From Lama glama (Eukaryota): a stretch of DNA of 64,000 nt. The DNA lies in NCBI GenBank assembly GCA_028534125.1, contig CM052816.1, positions 70,248,001-70,312,000 on the forward strand, given 5' to 3'. The position numbers and the translations under genes are program-made. Below, piece after piece: positions 13,795-25,794 of this stretch (positions within the stretch are counted from its first letter, which is position 1; every line of letters starts with the position of its first letter). The notes below the pieces were generated by a model. The model saw only the letters and a list, made by a program, of their open reading frames with translations, was not told where the DNA came from and made no database searches.

Positions 13795-14020
13795 GTGATT
13801 GTCACTGTTTACTGAGAGCTTTGTATGTGCCAGGCTGGTTAAATAGCTGTACATGCATCCTGTCATTTAATCTTGATAACAACCTTTTGAAGGAAGTATT
13901 ATTATTGCCCTCACTTAGGAGTTGAGAAAAATGGGGCTTAGAGAATATCTTGCCCCAAATCACATGACTAAATAATGTGGAACTGGAGCTTGAAATCTAG
14001 CCTGCCAGATTGAGAGACTC
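13795..14020 (-). mobile_element. MIR SINE
   Basis: 'tttactgagagctttgtatgtgccagg...tcatttaatcttgataacaacc...gcttagagaa...cttgccccaaatcacatgacta'. Confidence 0.75.
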
Positions 14021-14370
14021 AAGATTTGTAGAAAGTTCTACCTGAGAATAAATGTTTTTTCTCATAACATTCCTATGAATTAGAGGTTCATCAATTACTG
14101 ATTTTGATTTTGTAGCCAGATCTAACTTTAGGGATATTTATTCAGAACTGTAGATTTGTTAGAGCTAAGCACAGAGCTGCTTTTCTCTATGCTATTAAAA
14201 AAAAAATCTGTTCCTTTTCCTAATAATAAATGTCACTGGCAATGTATTGTCTTTGGAAAGGCTCTGACTTACGGATTAGGAAAGGCTAGGAAAATTACAT
14301 TCAAAAGTGTATAACTTGTTTCTCAACTGACTCCTTCCCCACAAACCATAAATATGCAAGTCTCTCTTTT

Positions 14371-14445
14371 AAAACAAAACAAAACAAAACAAAACAAAAC
14401 AAAACAAAACAAAACAAAAAACAGAACAAGAAAACAAACAAAAAT
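14371..14445 (+). repeat. (AAAAC)n microsatellite
   Basis: About 9 perfect AAAAC units followed by degenerate A-rich units. Confidence 0.95.
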
Positions 14446-14571
14446 CACCTCTTTCAATCCCGCATCTTTCTCTATATGTAGTCTTATCTGTCTCTTTCTC
14501 TCAGCAGTCAGGTTTCTTGAGGAAAAATGTCGACAGTTAAACAGTTTACACTTTTTGGAATCCTGTTCATT

Positions 14572-15155
<584 letters not shown>

Positions 15156-15277
15156 TCATTCTTAAACCCACTGTGATCTGTGCCTACACACATCTCCACA
15201 CTGCACTAAAACTTTTCAGAAAATGTCATCAATTTACCCAATGTCAGGTTCAATGGATCCTCCTTTCCACCGCCCCA

Positions 15278-15520
15278 ACATTTTATTATAAAATTTTCAA
15301 TCATTCAGAAAAGTTGAAAAAACTCTATAGGGCATATCCATATACCTAGCCCTGAATTCTGTAATTAATGTTTTCTTATATTTTCTTTATCTGTCTATCC
15401 CTCCATCTAGCCATTAATCCATTCAATTCCAAGTAAGTCACAAGCTTCAGTATACTCCACTCTTAAGCCCTTCAGCACGCATGTCATTGACTAGAGTTAT
15501 AGTGCATTCTTTTTCGTATT
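15278..15520 (-). mobile_element. Old L1 3' end fragment
   Basis: 'ttttattataaaattttcaatcattcagaaaagttgaaaaaac...atatccatatacc' typical of L1M 3' UTR. Confidence 0.6.
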
Positions 15521-15804
15521 CTTCTTTCCTGACTTTAATTTGGCATGGTATCTTGTCATATTTCTACGCTGAAACTCCCAAATCCAGGCTTATCCTCTTC
15601 TGACCCTGGTATCCAGTTGCCAAATTAACAGTCAGATAACAGAGTCTTCTTATAATTCTCTTCTCCTTGCCACTATTTCTTCTTTATTTCTATGGCTTTT
15701 CCCTTTCGATATATTCTGTCCCTTTTTCTTCTACCCACTCCTTAAACACTGGTGTGTTTGATCTCTCTGACTTGGTTATATTCTCTCATATCTCTATCAT
15801 TTCT

Positions 15805-16030
15805 CTGTATCTTAGGTTATGTTCCCTATGAAGCAGATTATAAGATGGAGATATGCATGTAGGAAGTTAGTTGGAGAGTGCTCTTAGGAACAACACAAAG
15901 TGAAGGAAGCAAGATGCCATTATTACAGAGGGCACAGCTGTCTCCAAGAAGAGCCCTGGAGTTTGAACTTTTAGAACTGTCCCAAATCAAGGGAAGGTGG
16001 CTAGGCCTTCTACCCTTACCTCAGGCAGTG
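15805..16030 (-). mobile_element. ERVL-class LTR fragment (LTR16/LTR33-like)
   Basis: 'ttaggttatgttccctatgaagcaga...gtgctcttaggaacaacac...tagaactgtcccaaatcaaggg...ggccttctaccc'. Confidence 0.55.
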
Positions 16031-16156
16031 ACTCGAAATCCAGTGTTCACTTTATGACTTTTTGCTGAAGGCTCTGTAGTGTTATGCTAAACAAAAACCC
16101 AGATTTTGGGAAATCACTACTGTGTGTTGTTATATAATATGGCTTGCCCTGGTTAG

Positions 16157-16397
16157 AGACTGCACTGTCTCTGAGAATTATTATTTGCTCAAGGAAATCT
16201 GTGGGTGTGTGTCTATCCAAAGTTACCAATGAGAAACTAAAGAATTCGGAAGGGATTCAAGAAGATTCTGAGGACAAAGACATATCTTTATTACTCTCTA
16301 ACAGAGAGGCCCTGAAGTGTGCCTAGACTGGGAAATGAGTCTGTCACATATGGCAGTGTAGGCTGTGTACTGTGTAACTCCAGAGATTACCTTTCAT
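16157..16397 (+). repeat. Left arm of a ~240-bp inverted duplication; the inner ~60 bp is a MER91-like half
   Basis: Aligns with the reverse complement of 17597-17828, e.g. agactgcactgtctctgagaattattatttgctcaaggaaa vs agactgcactatctctgagaattatgatttgatcaaggaaa. Confidence 0.9.
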
Positions 16398-16429
16398 CTT
16401 GTAACTAAACTTACTGTCCCATTCAAATG

Positions 16430-17592
16430 ACCTGTCTTCCCCAGTTATTTCGAGACAAGTTCATTCTTGAATTTTATAATTTGCTCCCCCTCATTTTTAT
16501 CCTTACTAATTTTTGTCTACTTGTGCTATCAATTATTGAGAGAGGATATGTTGAAACTTTTGACTATAATTGTGGGCTGTCTATTTCTTCCTTTAATGTC
16601 TGTTGGTTTTTGCTTCACATATTTTCAAACATTGTTTTTTAAGATGCTTATATATTTGTAATTATTATGGCCTCTTGACTCCTTTATCATTATTAAATGT
16701 CCCTGTTTATCCCTGATATTTCTTGTTCTGAAGTTTACTTTCTCTGATATAAATATAACCGCTTTAGCTTTCTTATGCTTAGTGTTTGCATAGTGTATAT
16801 ATTTACATCCTTTTACTTTTAACCTATTTGAGTGTTTTTTTTTAAAGTGAGTTTCTTGGAAACAGCATATCATTGAGTTTTGCCTTATTAACCAATCTGA
16901 TGATCTCTGCCTTTTAATTGGAATGTTTAGGCCATTTACATTTAATGTGGTGGTTGTAGTTCTGCTTAAATCTATCACCTTGCTATTTGTTTTTGACTTA
17001 TCCTGTATTTCCTTTGTTCCGTTTTCCCTCTTGCCTTATTTTGATGAACTACATATTTTGGATAATTGTACTTTCTCTACTGTTGGTTTATTGGTAATAC
17101 CTTAATTCCTCTTTATTTCATATTTTTGGTAGTTGCAGTAGAACTTACAGTATACATCTTTAATTATCACAGTTTGCCTTTAAATAATATTATACCACTT
17201 TATATTTAGTATAAGAATCTTACAACAGTATTTGTTCATTTTCATCCCTCATCCTTTGTGGTATTTTATATATAAGACCAATGATAGAATGTTATTATTA
17301 TTGCTTTAGCTAGTTATTTACTTTTTAAAAAGATTTTTGAAAGTTCTTTATGTTTACTTACACATTTACTGTCCCTGGTCCTCTTTATTCCTTTGTGCAA
17401 ATCCAAATTTCCATCTGGTATTATTTTCTTTCTGCCTGAAGAACTTCCTGTAGTGCAGTTCTGTTGGTGATGAATCTCTCAGCTTTTGTTTGTCCCAACA
17501 ATCTTTATTTTGCCTTCATTTTTGAAAAATATTTTCCTGGATGTAGAATTCTAGGTTGACAGTTGTTTTCTTTCATCACTTTAAAGATGTCA
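16430..17592 (-). mobile_element. Old L1 internal fragment: ORF1 C-terminus, inter-ORF spacer and ORF2 endonuclease N-terminus
   Basis: ORF 16625-16978: TLNVNGLNIPIKRQR..DW...ICCFQETH...RLKVKG..IHYAN (L1 endonuclease). Around 17400-17590: DIFKVMKENNCQPRILHPGKIFFKNEGKIK (ORF1 C-terminal domain). Confidence 0.9.
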
Positions 17593-17596
17593 TATC

Positions 17597-17828
17597 ATGA
17601 AAAGCAAGTCGTGGAGTTTTGTGTTACACAGCCTGCATCACCATATGTGTCAGTCCTGTGTCCCAATCCAGGCACACTTCAGGGTCTCTCTGCTAGTGTG
17701 TGATAAAGATATGTCCTTCTCCTTCCAATTCTCTTGAATTCTTCGAGTTTCCTACTGGCAACTTTGGATAGAACACACACACACATGTTTCCTTGATCAA
17801 ATCATAATTCTCAGAGATAGTGCAGTCT
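17597..17828 (-). repeat. Right arm of the inverted duplication; the inner part is a MER91-like half
   Basis: Reverse complement matches 16157-16397. Confidence 0.9.
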
Positions 17829-19341
17829 AATTCCCTATTTAGGCAGAGAAAGATTTTCCTTAACATGTTGATCTCCACGTCACCCAAATCTGGGTGACAG
17901 TTGTTTCCTCAGGGGCCCTGTCACCCACGTATGGGTGACGCTGTCCTTCATCCAATTATGCAGGTTTTTACAAGTAATTTGCAACAGTTTTCATTTGTAA
18001 TGTAAGTACTTAATAGTAACAACATATAAGTATATATGCAGATAAAAATATTTTCTTTTGAACAAAATGATGTAATATTGCTTTACTTTCTTATGATATT
18101 TGCTGAAACAGTTTATACAACTCTGTGGTGTTTTGGGACAACTAGGACAATATGTTCCTGTTTTTTTACATTTTTTTCTAGATTGTTACCATTCCAAATT
18201 TTGCCTGCTTTTCTGATAACAGAAGATGCATATTCTTCTGATTGTTTTGCTTGTGGATTTTTTCTAATTTGTAGATTGTAAGTTGCTTCTCCTTTATCCC
18301 TTTGCATATTATTGGACCTAATATTTGGAGAATATAACCATTCCTTAACTAAAATTTCCCTATATTCTGATATTTTAATTTTTTTATTTGCCTTTGCCTG
18401 GGATGTGCATTTAGAACAGAAATCCCAATAAGTAGATGTAGTGCTAATTTCTGGTACCATTTGATACTTTTTCATAATGTCATTGCATACAAAACCATCT
18501 GGTCACTTCTATCAATGCTACACTTTCCTTTATTATAATCAAGTATGGCTAGTGGCTTCATTTTTATAAGATTATGGTGATAAGCAGATGAATTTGAATT
18601 GGACACCATCATGGGTGCATGTTTTGCTGAAAGTATTCTTATATCTTAAACATCTTTCCATTTCAGAATGTTGTCTTCTTGCTACACCATTTCTTTTTAG
18701 AGGATAGGATGTAACATCTTTTGACATCAACTTTTTATTATGCTGTACAGTCCCAACAACATGAGTTTTCAAACTCAAAAATTTTAGGGCCAATTCATAG
18801 CTGGAGTAGAAGTTACCTACATACAAGTTATGTCCTTCATTCAGTAATTTTTCTGCAAGCTCACTGAAAACATTTTAAACTAATCCAATTTGCCTGACTC
18901 TACTAGTTTCTCATCCAGAATATATTTTTATCGACCATGTATAACCTTCATTTGAACATAACTTAATTTTATTCCATACTTGTGTGTCTTAATTTGTATA
19001 TATTGCCTAAATATAAGCCTTCCCTTCCAAGGAACTATTGTCTCATTGATTATGAGATCTGGGCCTGGTGAAAAAATTTTTTGATAATTTTCAAAGTGTT
19101 AATCAATGGCAATAGTTTTCCAAACCTATCACATCTTTCAATCATTTCATTCTTTACAAAGTGTAAATTTGATAATAATAATTCAAAACAATTACAAGAC
19201 ATTATGGTACGCAGCAATGTGAAATTTTAAAGGAAATCTTTTGACCAATATTTAGTCATAGATATTGGTTTCACTAGACCCATCCAAATCAGAAGAGCAA
19301 GGAATTTTTAAATTTCTTCAGAAGTTGGTTTCCACTTCTTT

Positions 19342-20002
19342 TTTTTTTTTNNNNNNNNNNNNNNNNNNNNNNNNNNNNNNNNNNNNNNNNNNNNNNNNNN
19401 NNNNNNNNNNNNNNNNNNNNNNNNNNNNNNNNNNNNNNNNNNNNNNNNNNNNNNNNNNNNNNNNNNNNNNNNNNNNNNNNNNNNNNNNNNNNNNNNNNNN
19501 NNNNNNNNNNNNNNNNNNNNNNNNNNNNNNNNNNNNNNNNNNNNNNNNNNNNNNNNNNNNNNNNNNNNNNNNNNNNNNNNNNNNNNNNNNNNNNNNNNNN
19601 NNNNNNNNNNNNNNNNNNNNNNNNNNNNNNNNNNNNNNNNNNNNNNNNNNNNNNNNNNNNNNNNNNNNNNNNNNNNNNNNNNNNNNNNNNNNNNNNNNNN
19701 NNNNNNNNNNNNNNNNNNNNNNNNNNNNNNNNNNNNNNNNNNNNNNNNNNNNNNNNNNNNNNNNNNNNNNNNNNNNNNNNNNNNNNNNNNNNNNNNNNNN
19801 NNNNNNNNNNNNNNNNNNNNNNNNNNNNNNNNNNNNNNNNNNNNNNNNNNTGATGGACATTTAGGCTGTTTCCATGTTTTGGCTATTGTAGATAGTGCTG
19901 CTATGAACATTGGGGTGCAGGTGTCATCCTGAAGTAGATTTCCTTCTGGATACAAGCCCAGGAATGGGATTCCTGGGTCATATGGTAAGTCTATTTCTAG
20001 TC
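19342..20002 (-). mobile_element. Young 5'-truncated L1 inserted in the piggyBac, mostly covered by the N gap
   Basis: Poly(T) before the gap; after the gap, L1 ORF2 C-term (DTCTPMFIAALSTIAKTWKQPKCPS); TSD TTGGTTTCCACTTCTTT at 19325-19341 and 20003-20019. Confidence 0.9.
19351..19850. other. Assembly gap (500 N)
   Basis: Run of N. Confidence 1.
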
Positions 20003-21294
20003 TTGGTTTCCACTTCTTTATTCAAGTATATTCTGTATTCAGATGTTGAAACAATTTTTGTTCTGCATATCTGTCTCCTTTACCAGAAGGTTTTTATTTA
20101 ATCATATAAAAATAGCAAAAGAACTTCGCCTGGGCTGATAGCACAAGGGAATTCTGTCAGAAGTCCACTTTTTCCTGTCAATATATATATATATATGACT
20201 TTTGTCTGCCAGTAAACTCTTTCTACTAAGTATTGTCCAGTGCACCATCATCAAGATCATCTATTTCTTTCTCTACAACTAATTGTTCTAAAGCCTCCTA
20301 AATGTTTTCAACTTCAACATCATCTTTCTCCTCATTCTCTGAGCTTGAACTTGACAAAATTTTATTTATGTACCTTCTTCTGACATGGATCACTTCATCA
20401 TCACTACTAGTGTCACTTTCGGCTGTCTTTTTACATTGTCTGACAGACATTGTAAGGATACAAAAAAAATCACAGAACGATACTTGAAGGATGCATAGAG
20501 TTTGAGATGCAGAATAAAACTGCTGAGCCAAATCAAACAGAGTGGCGAACAAAAAGTACCGTTCTAAACAACTGGTTATCTATCAATTCCACTAATCAGA
20601 TCATATATCACTCTTCAGTTAACGAATATGAAAGTAACACCACAGCATCCCACACTATTCCATTACCCGAATTAATTATGTGCAGAATAATAACATTCCA
20701 AGAAGAAATAAAACTGTAAAAGGTTGAAAATTGAATATAAGAAATTGTTTTTTAAAACAATTCCAATTATACTGGAAAAACAAAAAGATTGATTTTAAGT
20801 ACATCTATTGTTAGTGTGTCACACTGTGGTGAAGTGTGAATTGGGGACCCCACAGGAAACACACCTGATCCACAGTAGGTGATCAATGTGTTCAGTCAAT
20901 GTTATCTGCCTGCAGCACTTTACGTAATCATCCAGAGAACATTCAGTTCCCCCATCTAATGTTCGGATTCATACTGTGTCTTGCCTTGCACAAAATATTA
21001 GATTAATAGTATGAGTAGATAACAGGATTATCTTCTGACCTCCTCTTTTGCTTACACAAAGAATTGGTAAAAATTTTGAAATGATTTAAATTGGGCCACA
21101 TCAAGTTCTTAGAAAAGCTCTGTAATTCAGGGTTGCAGCTGCCCAATCTCCTCTTAATTAGAGGAGATGTGACTGTGTGTTTGTTTTTAATTTTCCGTTA
21201 CATTTGTATAATATCATTCCTCTCCTGTTAAAGAGAGGACTGATTATTCTCTCCTTTCGGGTCTCAGTATATCCTGAAGATCAATCATAACACC

Positions 21295-21450
21295 TGTAAT
21301 ACTTCACTGCATTTGTTTATTTACAAGTTACTTTTTTCTGTATATCTTTAGAAGAGGAAAATCAGCAATTTATTTTTGTTTCTAGAACATTACATAATAC
21401 AGGACATAATCTCAGAAATATTTGTTGATTGAATTAATGAATGAATGAAG
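21295..21450 (+). mobile_element. L2 3' end
   Basis: 'ctcagaaatatttgttgattgaattaatgaatgaatgaa' L2 tail. Confidence 0.55.
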
Positions 21451-24400
21451 TCCTATGTAATTATTTTAATGTTACTTCCTGAATCCTGATATGAATCAAG
21501 GATGTATAATGGTCATTGTTCAAAGAGTTTTGATTTTAGCACTGTCAGCATGATTTCATGATATACATAGTTAAACAGTTTTATGAAGACAATATGAAAA
21601 TTACAACAAGAAGTATGTTTGGTGATATAAATTTATAATCTCTGGGAATGTCTTTCAATGTAATCAAAACACTTAGAGAATTGAGTTAGTAGTTGCTTTT
21701 GAGGATATCTGCTGTTTTAAAAAAATGAAACCTCTAATAGGAACTGGATGGAGAAGTGGTTTGAAATGGTTAAATTCTTTAATGTATGAGGCCAAGCCAT
21801 GATATAAAAATGTGCCAAAAAGGTTTGGAAACATGGCAGTGGTGTAGATCCTTTGAGAATTCAGGCCTCTTCATTTAGACCTCTCCAGATTGGTGCCAGA
21901 GGGGCCAGGAAATCAGGGCAGAAGAGTCTCTGCTATCTCTTCTTTTTTGTGTGGAGTCCAAGTGGGATGCTTTGGCAGAACCCTAGAGGCCAATGGTTTG
22001 TCCAATCTAAATATATTGAAAGTTACCCTTCTGAATGAACAGTAGCCCACTGATTCTTGATGCAGTCCACAGAAAGTTTGTTTATTTTATAAGCTGGTCA
22101 AATATCCGTCCACAATTTCCAGGGTTAACATCACAGAGGCAACACAATAGGACTCAGGTATATGAAACTATTTAGAAAAGAAACAGAACATTGCTGCATG
22201 CATGTTACCAGTGGACTCCTGGGAGGACATTTATTGGAGGTAAACAGGGATGTTCAGAATTTTGTGTAATTTAGTTTGGGAGCTGTTTGTACTGAGAGAA
22301 TCTTGGCAAGGACTATGAACTATGGACTCAGACTTTATTTTTTGGAAAAGGAACAGTCTTGCATGTTAAAGAGGACAGCAGAATTAACACTAAAATTGCC
22401 CACTTTTTGGGTCACATCTGTTCTGCAGATTTGGCTGTCAGTTGAGTGGGTTGCATTTCCTAGTCTTAGATCTGGGAAAACATGGTCATAAGTTATTGTG
22501 ATTATAAATACAGCCTATGAAAATGCACACATGTGTGTTCAAACACAAGCATAGATGCCCTCACATGTATCTTCTAAGATCTTGTAGGTTGCTATTTACA
22601 TGGTTTTTTTCCCCTCCAACAAGTGACTGAAATTTAGAAGTTACTTGTAAACTAGTTATAGCTAGAACTGTAAACACAGAAACTTTTAGGACAGAATGTA
22701 TTTTAATTTGATGACCCTAACTTTTGGTGTGTGTGCTTTGGTTTTTTATATTTTACTGCTATGTGCAAACAAGTCAGATTGTTTTTAATGTTGTTCTGGG
22801 ACATGTGCAGCTAATAGTCTTCTTCAGATATGATTTATGGGCAGTAGTGGCCTCTTTAGCATATGATGTGAAATCTGAGCCTTCAGCTGAGAGGTCTCAG
22901 TGATGGTTCTCAGTGTGTCCTGTCTTGGTGCTTTGCAGTTGTGCTCACATTTGCAATTTGGATCTTCAAGATGGAGCATAGCTCATGCCCAAATAGGAAT
23001 TATTCTTTCAACTGTATTTCAAAACATTTTAAGTCCAGAAATCCAGATCCCCTTGTATCTGTTTCTAAGAGATTAAATAGCATCGCCTTGACCTTCTTGA
23101 TAATTTTGCATAGTGATTTAAAGCATATTCTCTGGAGTTAGCTTGATTTTATGAGCTGATACTACTACTAATAAGGCATCTATTTCGTTATTACTGATAT
23201 GTGGCTATTAATTGCATCTAAATTATTAAGTTGTTTTGAAGATCCTGTAAAGTGCCTCTCACAGTGCTTGGTACCTGGTAAGCACTCAGTAAACATAAGC
23301 TATCCTTATTATGATTAAAACAATTATTATTTTAGTTCTGCTACACGAAGGGCTTAAGCAATATCTGTCATCTGTTTACTCTCTGAGAAAGGTCTGTTGA
23401 GGTACTGGTAAATGTCTAGCTTCATGGAGATCAGGTAAATGTAAATTGCAGTGTTACGTGCGTCACAGACACAGGGAAAGAAGCCAGATATGGCCATAAA
23501 TTTCACTAGGGCTTTATTTATTTTTTTTAAAGCATAATGGTATGAAAAATCTAAGTCAAATAAAGAGAATTATGAGATCAGCACTATTTTAATATAACAT
23601 TAGCAATTACATGGGATTATCCTAGAGTGATTTCCAAATGGCTTATTCTATAACCCAAACCAGTGCATTTTGTACACACATACACAAGCATACACTTGCA
23701 CGTGAGCATGTAACATCCAGTCACTGATTTAGGAACAAAGACTCCCCGAGGGAGTTTCAAAAACTCTGCTGTGTCCCAGCATGCGATTCTATATTTTATG
23801 TCCATTTCGGAGTCAGCAGAAACATGTGTAAAATCATATAAAGTCTGATAACTCCCCTGCTAGTCTGTGAAGCCAGAACCCACATATGGGGGTGGTGTGA
23901 ATTACTTATCCTATCCTAGGTCTGGAACATGTCATTACCACAAAATTCATTCCCTATGCAATCATCAGGGTCGATGGTAATATAAGAACAGTTGGGGCAT
24001 GAAACCACAGTAGATTGTCAGGATTGTCTAGCATATGGAGGACCAGAAACAGAGGTACTGCCTTCTGATCGCTGGGGAAGTAATACTGTACTGTAGGCTG
24101 GGTATCAGGCCACTAACTTGGGGGCAGAGAATTCTAATCATTCTTTTGTCACTAGTCTGTGGTGTGATCTGCAGCTAGTCACTTGGTTTCTTTTTATGTA
24201 CATGAGCATACAGTGAGAGGCCTAATGTGGTTGTATGGCGTCTTCAAAATAGGCATTAAGGCAAAATTCGGGAACCTCATTCCAAAGTCCTCAGGCTGTA
24301 AGGGCCAAATCAACAAACCATTCCAGTAAGGAGCAAAGGCTATGCTGTCCCACTTTGCCTAGCAAAATGTTGTGGGAGGGTGATGATAAACCAGCTGTTC

Positions 24401-24514
24401 AACTCTCTTTATCCCATGAAGTGGCATTTCTGCAGATTTATCTAGTTGGTACAATCCTATGGTCCTTTTCAGTGGCTTTCAGTTTGCTCAGGGTATTGCA
24501 GAATAATGGGAATC

Positions 24515-24750
24515 AGCATAATACGGTGGTAAAGAACTTGGGCTTTGGAGACAGATGGTCGAGCGATTGAATCCCAGTTCTGCCATTTACCATTGCCTGA
24601 CTGTGGGCAAGTGACAACCTTTTTTCAACTGTCTGCTTACCTATAAAATGGGAAAAATATTTGGACCCTCCTCATGGTGTAGTTATGTGGATATAGAAAA
24701 TCCTTGGTATATTGCTTAGCTCATAGATAGCTGTTAATAATTGTAAGGTG
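24515..24750 (+). mobile_element. MIR SINE
   Basis: 'gggctttggagacaga...ttgaatcccagttctgccatttacc...gggcaagtgac...ctataaaatggg'. Confidence 0.8.
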
Positions 24751-25274
24751 ATGATATGGGTATGCATGCAAATGGATGAGGCAGTTACCATTTTAGACTG
24801 TAGCTCAGACTTCATAGATGTTAATCCCAAGAGGATTCTGAGGTTTATCTGCCAGGAGGATTCCATGAGCCCAGGAAAACAAAGTGAGACTTTAAGGATA
24901 GTGAATGGTCTGTTTATGTCAGCATTATGAGCTGTTGCAGGAAATCTCCAATCCTAAAACAATTTAATAATATTTATTCCCGAAGGTTGCTGCAAAATAA
25001 AAATGAGACCAGGTACACAAAGTGCCAAGCACAGTGCTTGGTATGTAGCAGGTACTTAAGGACAGCATTTTCCTTCTTTTATTTATTGGTAATAGTTGGC
25101 TTAGACCTGCAGCTTGAGTTTATCTCAGGAAAGCTGGGTCCACCATAGTAGCTGACTCCATCTCAGGGGTTTACAGTAGGTGTCTGAGCCCAAAATGAAG
25201 TCCACCTGGAGGACTTCTAGGCTATTGGATTGATCACAAGACCACTTCAGAGAGAGGGATCCTTTGAGAGGAAA

Positions 25275-25480
25275 GCAGTATGATACATGAGAAAGAGCCT
25301 AAGGAGAACTACTCAAAAATGTTGTGTTCTAATCTTAGTTCCAGCACATACTGGCTTTGTGACCTCAGTGTTTTACCAGTAATCTCCTAAATGTTGTTTT
25401 CTTCGTTGTTAAAATGGAGCTCATATTCCATGTCATAGAGTCCATGGTGACAGTATAAAAACCAAATGTGAAATGCAACT
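25275..25480 (+). mobile_element. MIR SINE (degenerate)
   Basis: 'gttctaatcttagttccagcac...gtgacctc...gttttcttcgttgttaaaatgg'. Confidence 0.55.
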
Positions 25481-25794
25481 TAATGAGAATGCTTTGAAGA
25501 TGAACACATTTAAATGAATGAAAGGTGGGAAGTAGGTATGTTGATATTAACCTGGAGCCCCTTAAAGCTAGATCTTGATCAGGTTGTTGGAAGTGGTGAT
25601 GGATAATCCCAAACTCAAGTTTGTTCCTCCTGAAACCTCTGCCTGCACTTCTATGGGTCTAAGCTTGAGAAAGCAATTCAGCTCAAATGCCATCTCCAGT
25701 AAGTCTCTTTTGATCCCCTACCCCTTCTCCCTCAATGTGGGAAGTAATTGCTAAGATTTCTAAACATCTATAATCACTTATAGATGTGAAATAT

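Larger units (their letters stand above)
18083..20450 (-). pseudogene. piggyBac (PGBD-family, DDE_Tnp_1_7-type) transposase pseudogene, with many stops and frameshifts and an L1 insertion
   Basis: MSVRQCKKTAESDTSSDDEV..SSSSSENEEKDD (acidic N-term); MSCNCFELLLSNLHF..DRFGKLLPLI; SPGPDLIINETIVPWKGRLIFRQYIQIKTHKYGIK; GHNLYVGNFYSSYELA..HVVGTVQHNKK; SIDRSDQMV..KWYQKLALH; IRRICIFCY...TYCPSCPKTPQSCINCFSKYH (Cys-rich domain). Confidence 0.93.
17864..20890 (-). mobile_element. Near full-length decayed piggyBac DNA transposon (~2.35 kb excluding the L1 insert)
   Basis: TTAA (17860-17863) then CATGTTGATC at the left end; GATCAATGTG then TTCA (20881-20894) at the right end. Transposase remnant on the minus strand between them. 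Confidence 0.88.

Noticed and set aside
19265..19955. 180-215-aa ORFs
   Set aside because: Artefacts of the 500-N gap
18083..20450. Domesticated PGBD gene
   Set aside because: Multiple stops and frameshifts, two catalytic Asp mutated and an L1 insertion, so not functional
20451..20480. PGBD3-like splice-acceptor exon trap upstream of the transposase ATG
   Set aside because: A pyrimidine tract is present on the minus strand, but there is no AG immediately before the ATG; unsupported
20895..20960. Continuation of the inverted repeat beyond the piggyBac
   Set aside because: Only a short 'gcctgcagca/gccttcagca' match to the left flank; not convincing
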